This document shows positions 19,664-29,619 of a stretch of 64,000 nucleotides of DNA, in pieces. The stretch is taken from assembly GCA_963809895.1 (NCBI GenBank), contig CAWELD010000010.1, positions 288,001 through 352,000 on the forward strand. Reading direction: 5' to 3'. Within the stretch, counting starts at the first letter, position 1, and the number at the start of each line of letters is the position of its first letter. This DNA comes from an uncultured Gemmatimonadales bacterium. GTDB taxonomy: Bacteria > Gemmatimonadota > Gemmatimonadetes > Longimicrobiales > Gaopeijiaceae. Both the position numbers and the translations under genes were made by a program. The notes below the pieces were generated by a model. The model had not been told where the DNA came from. It saw only the letters and a program-made list of their open reading frames with translations, and did not search any database.

Positions 19664-20863
19664 ATGCCAGGCCATCCGACGCCATCGCCCGGGATCCAAC
19701 GCGTGAAGACACCCTCCCTCCTGAGTCGCGTGCGCCGGCACGTCCGGCTGTCCCGCAGGGCGAGCAGGCCCGTGAACGGCGACACTCCTCCGTTCCTGGT
19801 CCTGTTCATCAACTCCATCTGCAACCTGGCCTGCGACCACTGCTTCTATTGGCGCGACCTCAACCAGCGCGACGACCTCAGCTTCGACGAGCTGGAGGCG
19901 CTGTCGCACGACCTCGGTCCCATCGAGAATCTGAACCTCTCCGGTGGCGAGCCCTTCATCCGGCCGGACTTCGCCGAGATCGTCCGGATGTTCATTCGCA
20001 ACAACGGGGTCAAGCAGGTCTACGTACCGACCAACGGCTACTTCACGGCCAAGACCGAGAAGGCGCTGCGGAGTGTGCTCGAGGAGGAAGATCTCGTCCT
20101 GTTCGCCTGTGAGATTTCGTTGGACGGGACGCCGGAGTTCCACAACGAGTTCCGGGGCAACAAGAAGTCCTTCGAGAACGCCATGGTGACGTACGACATG
20201 CTGGCGTCGCTGCAAAAGGAAGACTCGCGGTTGCGGATCCATTCCATCTCCACGGCCACCAACCGGAATATCGAGGAGATCCACCGGCTGACGGAATACC
20301 TGTACGAACGGTGTCCCCAGATGGATCACCACAACCTGGCCGTGATCCGCGGTGACCGGAAGGATCCGAACCTGCTCGCTCCGGCGTTGGAGGACTATCA
20401 GGCGCTGGAGCAGCACGTGCGACACCGCTGGTACCCCCGAGAGGTGGGACGCTTCGGCTCCATCGTGGAGCCCATGCTGCAGTGGACCAAGATGGAGACG
20501 CTGCGCGAGGAGCGGCAGGTGGTGCCGTGCCGCGCCGGCGTGCTGGCCGGGGTGGTCTACGCCAACGGCGACGTTTCGGTCTGCGAGCTCCACGAGCCCC
20601 TGGGGAACCTCCGCGACCGCTCGTTCCGCGAGATCTGGAATTCGCCTGAGGCCGCGCGACTCCGGGAGAGCATCCAGAACAAGGAGTGCTGGTGCACCAC
20701 CGAGGTGTTCATGTGGCCCAGCGTGGTCTTCCAGCCCGGTCCCATGGCCCGCGCCATGGTCGGTGGACGCGTCTGGAAGCGGCCTCCGGCGCCGGAGGCC
20801 CGCCCCGAGGGGGGATCCGAGGGTGGCCGGAGCCGGTCGCTGCCGGTGGTCTCCGTCGAGTAG
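19664..20863 (+). CDS. Radical SAM protein with C-terminal SPASM/twitch domain
   Basis: [23 protein letters not shown]-terminal CRAG...NGDVSVCE...GNL...EIWNS...CWC. Start may be GTG ~19703. Confidence 0.9.
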   Translation: MPGHPTPSPGIQRVKTPSLLSRVRRHVRLSRRASRPVNGDTPPFLVLFINSICNLACDHCFYWRDLNQRDDLSFDELEALSHDLGPIENLNLSGGEPFIRPDFAEIVRMFIRNNGVKQVYVPTNGYFTAKTEKALRSVLEEEDLVLFACEISLDGTPEFHNEFRGNKKSFENAMVTYDMLASLQKEDSRLRIHSISTATNRNIEEIHRLTEYLYERCPQMDHHNLAVIRGDRKDPNLLAPALEDYQALEQHVRHRWYPREVGRFGSIVEPMLQWTKMETLREERQVVPCRAGVLAGVVYANGDVSVCELHEPLGNLRDRSFREIWNSPEAARLRESIQNKECWCTTEVFMWPSVVFQPGPMARAMVGGRVWKRPPAPEARPEGGSEGGRSRSLPVVSVE

Positions 20864-20875
20864 CTCCAGCGGGCC

Positions 20876-21796
20876 GTGACTGAGGCGGCCCACCCGCGTC
20901 TGTCGGTCGTCGTCGCCTTCCGTGAGGCGCCCGACGCTCTGGAGCGCGTGTTGGCGGCGCTACGGGCGCAGATCCCGGACGAGGACGTCGAGGTCATCGT
21001 CGCCCACGGCTCCGACCGTGGCACGGCCACCCTCCAGGAGACGTACCCCTGGCTGCGCGTTCTCCGACGTCCCGGCGCGATCTTGCCGGTGCTGAAAGGC
21101 GACGCCATCCAGGCGGCCCGGGCGCCGGTCGTGGCGATCCTGGATCCCGCCGACGTTCCCGAGCCCGGTTGGGTGGCGGCCATTCTCGAGGGCTTCGGCC
21201 CCGACCGTGCCGAGGCCGTCCGGGCCATCGGAGGCGCCGTGCTGCCGGGAGGCACGCCATCGGGGGCCAACCGTGCAGCCTACCTCTTCGAGTACGGCGC
21301 GTTCAACCCTCCGGTCACGGCGGGGCCCACCGAGGCGGATCTCCCCGGAAACAACGTCGCGTATCGACGGGAGGCGCTGGTCGTCGACTGTGGCGACGTG
21401 CTCGCGGAGGAGGGATTCAACAAGCCGTTCTGCCACGAACGCATCCGAGAGCTCGGGGGCGTGCTGGAGATCCGCCCGCAGATGAGAGTCCGCCACGAGA
21501 CCCGCTACGGGTTCTTCGCCTTCGCCGCGCGACGCTTCCACTACGGACGGTGCTTCGGAGCGACTCGCTGCCGGAGGAGTACGTCCCGGCGCCGGTGGCT
21601 CTACAGGGTGTTCGCCCCCGCCGTCCCCGTTCTGCTCGTGACCCGCCACCTCGCGAGGGCGTTGGCGGGGCGGTCGAATCGGCGACTTCTGCCGGCGGCG
21701 GCGCTGCCCCTCGTGGGGATCTGCCTCTCCTGGGGCGTGGGCGAATGCCTCGGGTACTGGTTCGGGCCAGGGCGCTCCTGCCGCATGTTCTACTGA
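20876..21796 (+). CDS. GT2-like protein (paralogue 1 of 4, no DxD)
   Basis: LSVVVA, AILDPAD, YLFEYGAF, DLPGNNVAYRR, WGVGECLGYWFGPG. Confidence 0.75.
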   Translation: MTEAAHPRLSVVVAFREAPDALERVLAALRAQIPDEDVEVIVAHGSDRGTATLQETYPWLRVLRRPGAILPVLKGDAIQAARAPVVAILDPADVPEPGWVAAILEGFGPDRAEAVRAIGGAVLPGGTPSGANRAAYLFEYGAFNPPVTAGPTEADLPGNNVAYRREALVVDCGDVLAEEGFNKPFCHERIRELGGVLEIRPQMRVRHETRYGFFAFAARRFHYGRCFGATRCRRSTSRRRWLYRVFAPAVPVLLVTRHLARALAGRSNRRLLPAAALPLVGICLSWGVGECLGYWFGPGRSCRMFY

Positions 21797-21810
21797 TCGT
21801 GAGTACTTCC

Positions 21811-22692
21811 ATGGCCGCGCCCGCCCTCTCGTTGGTGGTGGTGGAGTCCGCGCCCGGCGCCGTGAATCCGCGGTTCTTCGAGGCGGTCGCTGCCGAAGCC
21901 GCTGCCGGGCGCCTGGAGGTGCTCGTGGTTTCCACCACCACCCCGGAAGCTGCAGGCGAGCTCCCGGGTGTGCGCTGGGTCCCCTCGCCGGATGATGCCA
22001 CGGTGCCGCGCCGGCGCGGGTCGGGGCTCGCCGAGGCGCGAGCGCCCCTGGTGGCGCTCACCGAGAGCTTCTGTGTGCCCGCGGCGGGATGGTTCGACGC
22101 GGTTGTCGCGGCCCACGAGGCGCACGACGTGGTGGCCGTGGGCGGCCCGGTGGACCGGCGCCAGGGGGGCGCCCGCGATTGGGCGTTGACCCTGGTCGAG
22201 TACGGTCGCTTCATGGGGCCCGCGCCCGCAGGGCCTGTGCCCGACCTTCCGGGTATCAACGTGGCCTACCGGGTCGAGACGTTGCGCCGCGTCCTCGGCG
22301 CTCTGCCGGCAGAGATCGTCGAGGTGGAGCTCCATCGGACCCTCAGGCAGGCCGGCGAGGTTCTCTGGCGAGCCCCTGCGGCCGTCATGTTCGACGAGAG
22401 CCGCATGCCCGCCGGGTCGGCGCGCCGGGCCCAGTTCCAGCACGGCCGCCTGTTCGGAGCGCAGCGGCTTCGGGGGGCCGGCGTGGCGCCGCGGCTGGGC
22501 CGCGCGGCCCTGACGCCGGCGGTGCCCCTCGTCCTGGGTGCGCGTATCGCGCGGGGCGCCTTCGGGGCCCGGCGCGGGGGCCACCTGATGCGCTCGCTGC
22601 CGTGGTTGGTGGGCCTGTTGGCGTCGTGGACCGCCGGAGAGCTCGTGGGATCGCTGATGGGCCCGGGCAGGGCGGCAGAGGGCTGGCGCTGA
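21811..22692 (+). CDS. GT2-like protein (paralogue 2 of 4, no DxD)
   Basis: LSLVVV, ALTESFC, LVEYGRF, DLPGINVAYR, WTAGELVGSLMGPG. Confidence 0.75.
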   Translation: MAAPALSLVVVESAPGAVNPRFFEAVAAEAAAGRLEVLVVSTTTPEAAGELPGVRWVPSPDDATVPRRRGSGLAEARAPLVALTESFCVPAAGWFDAVVAAHEAHDVVAVGGPVDRRQGGARDWALTLVEYGRFMGPAPAGPVPDLPGINVAYRVETLRRVLGALPAEIVEVELHRTLRQAGEVLWRAPAAVMFDESRMPAGSARRAQFQHGRLFGAQRLRGAGVAPRLGRAALTPAVPLVLGARIARGAFGARRGGHLMRSLPWLVGLLASWTAGELVGSLMGPGRAAEGWR

Positions 22693-22695
22693 GTG

Positions 22696-23823
22696 TCAGC
22701 GGCGTTCCCAGTCCTCGGCCAGAGGAATCAGCAGGTCCAGGTAGCGGCGGGTCACCCTGGCCCAGTCGTACCCGGCGGCTCGACGGGGCCCTTGCTCGCG
22801 CGCGCGCCGGCGCAACGCTTCATCCTCCAGCGCCCGGGCGAGCCCGTTCACCAGGGTCGGGACCTCCGCGTCGGGCAGAAGAAGCCCGATGCCGCCGGCG
22901 AACTCCGGGAACGCGGTATTGTCCAGGGTGACGAAGGGGGTGCCGCAGGCCATGGCCTCCAGCACCGGCATCCCGAAGCCTTCGTACGACGAGGGGTAGA
23001 CGAAGGCGTCAGCGGCATTGTAGAGCACCGGCATGTCGTCGTGGCTCACGTAGCCCAGCACCGTGACCAGGTCCTGGATCCCCAGCTCGGCGATCACCTT
23101 GCGGAAGGGTGAGGTTCCGGGAAGATCGGCACCGGCGAGGAGAAGGCGGTGGGGGAGGGCCCCCTGTTCGCGCAGGCGCGCGAAGGCCTGGATGAGCGCG
23201 GACAGGTTCCGGCGTTCGGTGGGTTTGCCCACGTACGCGATGTAGGGCGTATCGTCACCGAAGAGGGAACGCCGCCAGGCGGACAGGCGCTCGGGGTCGG
23301 GGATGGGCCTGAAGCGCTGGGTGTCCACGCCTTCCGGCACCACGTGGATGCGCTCCGGGGGCAATCGATAGAACCGCACCATGTCCCGGCGGCTGTACTC
23401 ACTGACGGTGGTCACCACGTCGGAGCGCCACGCGCTGGCCGCATACGCCAGGCGAGCCTTGTTGAGCGTCCACCAGTCGAAGGCCTGGGGGTAGCCCTCG
23501 TACGATCCGTGATGCACCACCATGGTCGGAGCCGACGGAAAGAACGGCGCCACGTAGCTCGGGCAGAAGAGCACACCTCGGCTTCCGTGGGCCCGGGGAA
23601 GCGTCCACTGCTCCCACAGCGGGTTGGGGAGCCGGGACGGCAGTACGACGGACCGCCCCATGGAAGGCAGGCGAACGTCGTCGGGAAGCGGATCCGGGGA
23701 GTAGACCCTCACGTCCTGGAACGGATGGTCCAACCTGTCCAGTTGAACCAGGAACGCCTCGATGCAGCGGGCCACACCCGACCGTGCCCGCACGAGCCGG
23801 ATGCCGTTGACGCCGAGAATCAC
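22696..23823 (-). CDS. GT4 glycosyltransferase
   Basis: SGVARC, LWEQ, TVSEYS, YVG...RRN, FVYPSSYEGFGMPVLEAMACGTP. GTG start. Confidence 0.9.
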   Translation of the reverse strand: MILGVNGIRLVRARSGVARCIEAFLVQLDRLDHPFQDVRVYSPDPLPDDVRLPSMGRSVVLPSRLPNPLWEQWTLPRAHGSRGVLFCPSYVAPFFPSAPTMVVHHGSYEGYPQAFDWWTLNKARLAYAASAWRSDVVTTVSEYSRRDMVRFYRLPPERIHVVPEGVDTQRFRPIPDPERLSAWRRSLFGDDTPYIAYVGKPTERRNLSALIQAFARLREQGALPHRLLLAGADLPGTSPFRKVIAELGIQDLVTVLGYVSHDDMPVLYNAADAFVYPSSYEGFGMPVLEAMACGTPFVTLDNTAFPEFAGGIGLLLPDAEVPTLVNGLARALEDEALRRRAREQGPRRAAGYDWARVTRRYLDLLIPLAEDWERR

Positions 23824-23860
23824 GAGCCGGTCGTGGGGGGTGCCGGGAACGCGGCGAGGG

Positions 23861-24169
23861 TCACGAAGGAAATCCCTCGACGAGCTTGTTGTACAATGTG
23901 CCCACCACGCGGCCCAGGAAATAGCCCACGACGAACATGTACACGAAGCCCACCAGGCTGCCCACGAAGGAAACCGAGTAGCCCGGGAAGAAATAGCGCA
24001 GCAGCCCCAGGTGCGAGCCGACCTCCTGGCCTGGGGCCGCGCCTTCCAGGATGAGCACGTTCGTAGCCAGGAAGAGGCCCAGGCCCAGCAGCAGGCCACC
24101 CGCGACGCCCCAGGCACGAGCATTGAGGCGCCGAACCGCGCGGCGAATCTCCTTGTCGTTGTCGGTCAT
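23861..24169 (-). CDS. Small membrane protein (resembles DUF5676 / 'holin'-annotated family), paralogue B
   Basis: LNARAWG...LFLAT...LLRYFFPGYSVSFVGSLVG...LYN. Homologous to the adjacent gene. Confidence 0.75.
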   Translation of the reverse strand: MTDNDKEIRRAVRRLNARAWGVAGGLLLGLGLFLATNVLILEGAAPGQEVGSHLGLLRYFFPGYSVSFVGSLVGFVYMFVVGYFLGRVVGTLYNKLVEGFPS

Positions 24170-24180
24170 CGGATCGTGGG

Positions 24181-24564
24181 TCAGATGTGGTCGAGAAAGT
24201 CGCGCGTCGCGCGCAACTCAGCGCGAGTGCGGACCAGCCAGATGCTGGCGGCGATGAAGAAATTTCGGCAGAAGGCGACGAACCAGCCCGCGACGAAGCC
24301 CATGAAGAATCCCCAGGCGAACCCGGCGAGGGCTCCGGCGGGCGAGACCGCGTATCCGGTCAGGTAGTTGGACAGAAGGGGCAACATGGGCGGATCGCCG
24401 AGCAGCATGCCATAGACGGTGGCGATCAGGATCGCACTCCCCAGCGCCAATCCCAGGGCCATGCCGAAGGCCCGTTTGTGCAACGGGGCGAAGGCCAGGA
24501 TCAACTCGTCGGGAATCTGTTCGGCGGAGCTCGGTGAGATGTCGTTCACGCTCATCTCCGGCAC
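24181..24564 (-). CDS. Small membrane protein, paralogue A
   Basis: LHKRAFG...ILIAT...LLSNYLTGYAVSPAGALAG...CRN. Start may be ATG 24555 (overlapping the upstream stop). Confidence 0.75.
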   Translation of the reverse strand: MPEMSVNDISPSSAEQIPDELILAFAPLHKRAFGMALGLALGSAILIATVYGMLLGDPPMLPLLSNYLTGYAVSPAGALAGFAWGFFMGFVAGWFVAFCRNFFIAASIWLVRTRAELRATRDFLDHI

Positions 24565-25340
24565 AAGGCGAGAAGGGTCCTGCCAGCGGGGAGCTTCCAG
24601 CCGCGGGCCACGGCGCGCGCTTCCATGCTCAGCCAGCGGCGCTTGAGGCGTCCGGCGAGCCCCTCGGCCGTACCCGGATCCGAGAGAATGCCGTGATATC
24701 CGCGGCCGGCCTCGTGATTGGCCCGCAGCTCCCTGGGAATCTCGGCCAGCCCCAGGAGGGCGTTGAGGCGGCTGAGGCGGATCACGGTGAAGCCGGCCGC
24801 GGTCATCTTCCGGGCCAGCTCGGCCGGTCGGTACTTGTGAAAGTCATGCTCCGGATCGTCGGGGGTCCTGGGAAACGCCTGCGCGTTCGTCCTGGCCAGA
24901 AGGTAGCCTCCGGGACGCAGCACGCGATGCAACTCGGCCAGCGCGGTCTCGTCACCCCGGTTCAGCGGAAGGTGCTGGAGCACGTCCAGGGTGATCACGA
25001 GGTCGACGGACGCATCGTCCAGGGGAATCTGGAGCGCGCTGGCCGCGAGGATGCCACGCTCGCCCAGCGCTCGCCCGGCCCGCAATCCCTCCAGGGCGAC
25101 GTCCAGACCCACGGTGGTCCAGTCCGGGTGGGCCTCTCTGAACCAGGCCATGGTCTGGCCCGAGCCGCAGCCCAGGTCCAGAAGACGCCCCCGCTCCGGG
25201 AGCTCCGCCAGCGCGAGCAGGCGCGCACCGGCGTCCCGCATGCCGGCGTTCCACCATCCGGAGCTCTCCAGCTCACGCATGCGCTGGTAGTACTCCGGCG
25301 TGAAGATCATGGGGCCACCCAGGCGCCCGTCGGCCGTCAT
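24552..25340 (-). CDS. Class I SAM-dependent methyltransferase
   Basis: LLDLGCGSG, GLD, LDVLQHL, RVLRPGG. ATGA overlap. Confidence 0.88.
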   Translation of the reverse strand: MTADGRLGGPMIFTPEYYQRMRELESSGWWNAGMRDAGARLLALAELPERGRLLDLGCGSGQTMAWFREAHPDWTTVGLDVALEGLRAGRALGERGILAASALQIPLDDASVDLVITLDVLQHLPLNRGDETALAELHRVLRPGGYLLARTNAQAFPRTPDDPEHDFHKYRPAELARKMTAAGFTVIRLSRLNALLGLAEIPRELRANHEAGRGYHGILSDPGTAEGLAGRLKRRWLSMEARAVARGWKLPAGRTLLALCRR

Positions 25341-26410
25341 GTCACTCTCCCTTCGGGCGTCGACGCGACCTCGGCCGTCGCGGCGCGATGCGGGTCCGGC
25401 CCTCCCCGTCTCAGCCGGTGCAGACCCCACGCCGCGAGCACGGCCGACCCGCTGAGAAAATAGTACAGCAGGTTCATGGGGATCACGCGCAGGGCGAAGC
25501 TCCAGCCCCGCAGCCGGGCGAACCAGCGGTACAGCTCCAGGTTGAGGAGCACGACCGCGGCGAGAGCCGCCAGCGCGCCGACCGCCCAGCGCCCGTCCCA
25601 GGTGACCAATGCCACGCCCACCAGCGCGCACGCGAATCCCACCAGCGCCGTCTTGAGCTTCTCCACCGGACGGACGTTCAGACTGTCTTCGGCCCGGGAC
25701 CCCCGCTCGATGAGCTTGAGCATCCACGGTACGCCGCGATCGAAGAAGTCGGTGCGCACGATACCCCGGAAGGTCCATCGCTTGAGGTGTCGTCCCTGGA
25801 TGTCCGGATCCAGCACGATGCACCCTCCGGCGTCACGCAGCCGGTAGCCCAGCTCGATGTCCTCGATCTGGGGCCGCGGAAACGCCTGCACGTCGAAGCC
25901 GCCCACCGCCAGAAAGGCGTCCCGCCGAACCGCGCCGCATCCCGCCCAGAACGTCATGGCTTCGCCGGCGCCTCGCAGGTGCACGTAGCGGTGATAGAGA
26001 TTGCGGTACTGGGACAGGAACGTCGGATCGCCGGGGTCGTCGTCGTAGGCACCGAAGACGCCGTGCACGGCCGGCCGGTCGCGAAAGGCCTCCAGCATGC
26101 GGGACAGGGCATCCGCGTGCACGCAGACGTCGGCGTCCACGAAGGCCAGGATCTCGCCCCGAGCCGCATCGGCGCCGAGGTTGCGCGCATTCCCGGGGCC
26201 CCTGGGGCCACCTTCGACCCGCAGCACACGGTCGGCCCAGGCGGCGGCGGTCTCCGGTGTGTCGTCGTCGCTCCCGTCGTCCACGACGATGACCTCCCAC
26301 GATCCCTGCTCCAGACCGGTGCTCCCCCGGATCGCTCCGAGGCAGGCCGGCAGAAGATGGCTGGCACGGAAGGCCGGCACGATGACCGAGAGCTGCAGGG
26401 GGGCGCTCAC
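25337..26410 (-). CDS. GT2 glycosyltransferase with C-terminal TM helices
   Basis: SVIVPA, VVDDGSDD, ARNLG, FVDAD, IEDIELGYRL. GTGA overlap. Confidence 0.9.
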   Translation of the reverse strand: MSAPLQLSVIVPAFRASHLLPACLGAIRGSTGLEQGSWEVIVVDDGSDDDTPETAAAWADRVLRVEGGPRGPGNARNLGADAARGEILAFVDADVCVHADALSRMLEAFRDRPAVHGVFGAYDDDPGDPTFLSQYRNLYHRYVHLRGAGEAMTFWAGCGAVRRDAFLAVGGFDVQAFPRPQIEDIELGYRLRDAGGCIVLDPDIQGRHLKRWTFRGIVRTDFFDRGVPWMLKLIERGSRAEDSLNVRPVEKLKTALVGFACALVGVALVTWDGRWAVGALAALAAVVLLNLELYRWFARLRGWSFALRVIPMNLLYYFLSGSAVLAAWGLHRLRRGGPDPHRAATAEVASTPEGRVT

Positions 26411-27162
26411 GGTGCGCGTCCGGCCACGACGCCCGACAGGGCCGCGCGCACGCGCCGCCCCGCCCGCCGGAACGCCAGATAGCGCCCAAAACCGGGACTC
26501 CCCCACTCCTCCAGGCGCGCGGGGTTCCGGAAGTACACCATGTCCAGCCGGGGGAGTCGCAGGAGATGGTCGTCGCACCCCACGGTGCGGAGCTCGGTGG
26601 TCACGGCGAGACGGTGGAATTCCTCCACCACCCGGACCACCCGCTCGTCGACGGCACCGTAGGGATAGCAGAAACTCTCCGGCCGCATGCCGAGCTCCCG
26701 CTCGAGATCTGCCGCCGCCCCGCCCACCTCGTCCCGGATCTGCTCGGTGGACAGACTCGTCAGCCGGGGATGCGTCCGGGTGTGGGAGCCCAGCTCCAGG
26801 CCGGCGCGCGCCAGGTCTTCCAGGTCGCGCCAGCCCAGGACCGGCAACTCCGGGATGCCGGGTTCGTCCCGCCCATCCCAGCGATTCGAGGTGCCCGTGC
26901 GCTGGGTCACCACGAAGACGGTGGCCGGTAGCCCCAGATCTTCCAGGAGCGGGGCCGCCATGTCTCGCACACTCTCGAGACCATCGTCGAAGGTGAGAGC
27001 GACCGCGTCATCTGCGGCGGGAGCCCGCGCCAGCTCACCCAGCGGCAGCACACGTGGGCCGCGGCGTGCCAGCCACTCCATCTGCCGCCGGAAGGCCTCC
27101 GCATCGATGGACACCGGCGAGCCGCTGGCGTCGATGGAGTGAAAGGTCAGGATGGCGCGCAC
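26407..27162 (-). CDS. Polysaccharide deacetylase (CE4/NodB)
   Basis: LTFHS, LTFDDG, ATVFV, GSHTRTHP, FCYPYG. Confidence 0.9.
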   Translation of the reverse strand: MRAILTFHSIDASGSPVSIDAEAFRRQMEWLARRGPRVLPLGELARAPAADDAVALTFDDGLESVRDMAAPLLEDLGLPATVFVVTQRTGTSNRWDGRDEPGIPELPVLGWRDLEDLARAGLELGSHTRTHPRLTSLSTEQIRDEVGGAAADLERELGMRPESFCYPYGAVDERVVRVVEEFHRLAVTTELRTVGCDDHLLRLPRLDMVYFRNPARLEEWGSPGFGRYLAFRRAGRRVRAALSGVVAGRAP

Positions 27163-27175
27163 GATGGTCTCCGGC

Positions 27176-28441
27176 CTAGGCGGTGGGGAGGTCGGAGAGG
27201 GCGGAGACGATTTCCCCGCGGCCCAGGCGCGCCGCGGTGCGCCGGACGATGTCCAGGTATCGCGGCACAACCACACGTTCGGACCAACGCTCGCGAAAGG
27301 AGCGGGCCGCCGCGCTGGAGAGCTCGCGGCGATGTTGCGGATCAGTCTGAATGCGGTGCATGGCCTGCAGGAGGTCCTCGGGCTCATCGAAGAGCGCGCC
27401 GCCGCCGGAAGCCTCGATGATCTCGGGGAAGGGACCCAGGCGCCTGGCCAGCACGGGCGTCCCCTCGCGGAAGGCCTCGATCAGGACCATTCCGAATGTC
27501 TCGAAGCACACGGACGGAACCACGAGCGCCAGGGCGTGGGCGTAGTACCGTCGGAGCTCGTCCGCCGGCACCCTGCCCACGAAACGCACGCCGGGTATTT
27601 CCCGGGCCCCCGCACGCGCCTCCTCGTCGCCGGACCCGTCTCCGGCCACGAGCAGATCGGCGTCTCGATACCGTTCGAACAGCGGAAGGATGGTATGGAG
27701 CCCCTTGATCTCGGCCAGGCGACCCACAAACAGGAAGTAGGGGCGGTCGTGCGGCGAGTCCGGGTCCGGCGGCGAGTCGGGTCCGTGCTCCGGGAGACAG
27801 GGGTTCAGGACCTCCATGGGATGCGAGAACCCGAACTCACGATGCTTGTCGCGACTGAACTCACTCAGAGCGATAAACGTGTCTACCTGGTCGAGCTGCC
27901 GCTGCAGGTAGCCCGTGTAGCGATAGAGTTGCGGAGGCCGACGATAGTGGAGCTGGCAGCGAATGCACTCGCGGCCGGTGCATCGCTCGCGCCCGTGCCG
28001 CCAGAGGGCGTGCATCGGGCAGACGAGCCAGTGCTCGTGGGCCATGTACAAGCGCAGGGCGCTCTGGCCATAGGAGAGGATTCCGGGGCCGCCCACCAGC
28101 GAGACGTTGTGGAAGTTCACGACGTCGAAATCTCCCTCCTCCATGACCCGCCGGATCGCCCGGTCCTGGACCAGGGGCCGGCCGGTCTGGTGCGTGATCA
28201 GCACCGAGAGGCGCGGAGTGGCGCTTTGTAACGTGACGACCTCCAGACCGCTGGGCTCATCCGGCGCTTCGGGATCGTCGCCTTCGTGGAGCACGTGGTA
28301 GGCGTCGGCATCGTGCAGGACGGTCACCCGGTGGCCGAGCCCGACGAGTCCCCGGGCCAGTCGCTGAATGCTGATCCCGTCTCCGCCGAAGTTGTGCGGC
28401 GGGTAGAACGTCGTGACGAAGCAGAAGCGAAGGGGTCTCAC
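27176..28441 (-). CDS. GT4 glycosyltransferase with Cys-rich insert
   Basis: FYPP..GG, FVGRL..IKG, PSVCFETFGMVLIEA; C-x12-C-x4-C-x2-C insert. GTGA overlap. Confidence 0.9.
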   Translation of the reverse strand: MRPLRFCFVTTFYPPHNFGGDGISIQRLARGLVGLGHRVTVLHDADAYHVLHEGDDPEAPDEPSGLEVVTLQSATPRLSVLITHQTGRPLVQDRAIRRVMEEGDFDVVNFHNVSLVGGPGILSYGQSALRLYMAHEHWLVCPMHALWRHGRERCTGRECIRCQLHYRRPPQLYRYTGYLQRQLDQVDTFIALSEFSRDKHREFGFSHPMEVLNPCLPEHGPDSPPDPDSPHDRPYFLFVGRLAEIKGLHTILPLFERYRDADLLVAGDGSGDEEARAGAREIPGVRFVGRVPADELRRYYAHALALVVPSVCFETFGMVLIEAFREGTPVLARRLGPFPEIIEASGGGALFDEPEDLLQAMHRIQTDPQHRRELSSAAARSFRERWSERVVVPRYLDIVRRTAARLGRGEIVSALSDLPTA

Positions 28442-29616
28442 GCCGCCGCCTCCCGGAGGGCCTCCAACGCCACCTCCGCCGCGCGGGCCCAGCTCAGCTC
28501 CGCGGCGCGGCATCGGGCGGTGTCGCCCATGCGATCCCGCAGGGCGGCATCGGTCAGGAGGGCCACCATGGCTTCGCTCGCCGCCGTCACGTCGGCGGGT
28601 GCAACGAAGAACCCGCCGCCTTCGAGGAGCGAGGGCAGCGGGCTGGCCGTGGTCGCTACCACGGCACACCCGCATGCGGCCGCTTCCACGGCGGGCAGCC
28701 CGAAGCCCTCGCTGGCGGACAGCAGCAGGAGCCCCCGCGCGCCGGAGTGCAGGTCGCGGAGGTCCTCGTCGGGCAGGTACCCGGCCCAGTGGACCAGCGC
28801 CTCGGTACCGGCGTCGGCCACCGCCTGTCGGACCTCGTCGAGATGCGAGTGGAAGCCGTCTTCGGACGTCGGGCCAACCAACACGAGATGCGGGGGAGGC
28901 TCCGGGGCCGCCTGGGCGACCCGGGCGTGGGCCCGCACGATGGCGTCCACGTGCTTGTGCGGGTTGAAGCCTCCGACGTAGGTGAACCAGGGCGCGCCCA
29001 CGGGGACTCCGACGCGGCGGGCCGCGGCGGCGATCCGCGCGGCATCCTCCTGCGGGCGGTAGACCTGTGCCGGAGCCTCCACCGCCACGCGCATCCGCTC
29101 GGGGGCCACGCCGAGAACCTCGACGATCTCGTCGCGGGCGAAGTCGGACACGGTGAGCACGAGCGTGGATTGGCGCAGAGCGAGCCAGACCTTGGCGCGC
29201 CAGAACATGCGGGCCCGCAGGCTCGGCAGGGTGAGGTGGGGGTAGCGCTCCGCGATGGCGTCGTGGATGGCAACCACGGTGCGCTGGCCGAGTGGCAGCG
29301 GGAAATAGGTGTACACCGAGGGCGAGAAGAACACGTCGGGCTTCTCGGCCCCCACGGCGCGCGTGAAGCGCAGCATGTCGCCCGGGGATCGATTGCTGTC
29401 GGCCGAGGCAGCCTCGGTAGGGGACCGGTGCTGGCGCACCCGGACGGCCCGGACGTTGGCCTGCCCGAGGTCGAAGGTCTCGGCCGCGCGGTCATCGAGA
29501 AAGAAGACGAACTCGTCGTCCGGTGCGGCCGCGACCATGGCCGCCAGGAGCTCCCGGGCGTAGCGGCCGTAGCCCCGCGCATTGGCCCAGCACGCCGCAT
29601 CGATGCCGATGCGCAT
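28438..29616 (-). CDS. GT4 glycosyltransferase
   Basis: MRIGIDA, GYGRY, IHD, TVS, YVGG...KH, EGFGLPAVEAAACG. Confidence 0.9.
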   Translation of the reverse strand: MRIGIDAACWANARGYGRYARELLAAMVAAAPDDEFVFFLDDRAAETFDLGQANVRAVRVRQHRSPTEAASADSNRSPGDMLRFTRAVGAEKPDVFFSPSVYTYFPLPLGQRTVVAIHDAIAERYPHLTLPSLRARMFWRAKVWLALRQSTLVLTVSDFARDEIVEVLGVAPERMRVAVEAPAQVYRPQEDAARIAAAARRVGVPVGAPWFTYVGGFNPHKHVDAIVRAHARVAQAAPEPPPHLVLVGPTSEDGFHSHLDEVRQAVADAGTEALVHWAGYLPDEDLRDLHSGARGLLLLSASEGFGLPAVEAAACGCAVVATTASPLPSLLEGGGFFVAPADVTAASEAMVALLTDAALRDRMGDTARCRAAELSWARAAEVALEALREAAA

Positions 29617-29619
29617 GGC

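Noticed and set aside
19664..20863. RiPP maturase role for the SPASM/twitch enzyme
   Set aside because: No precursor peptide, peptide-recognition domain, peptidase or exporter nearby; the neighbours are glycosyltransferase-like.
23861..24564. Prophage lysis cassette
   Set aside because: No endolysin, spanin or structural phage genes; the genes sit within a glycosyltransferase operon.
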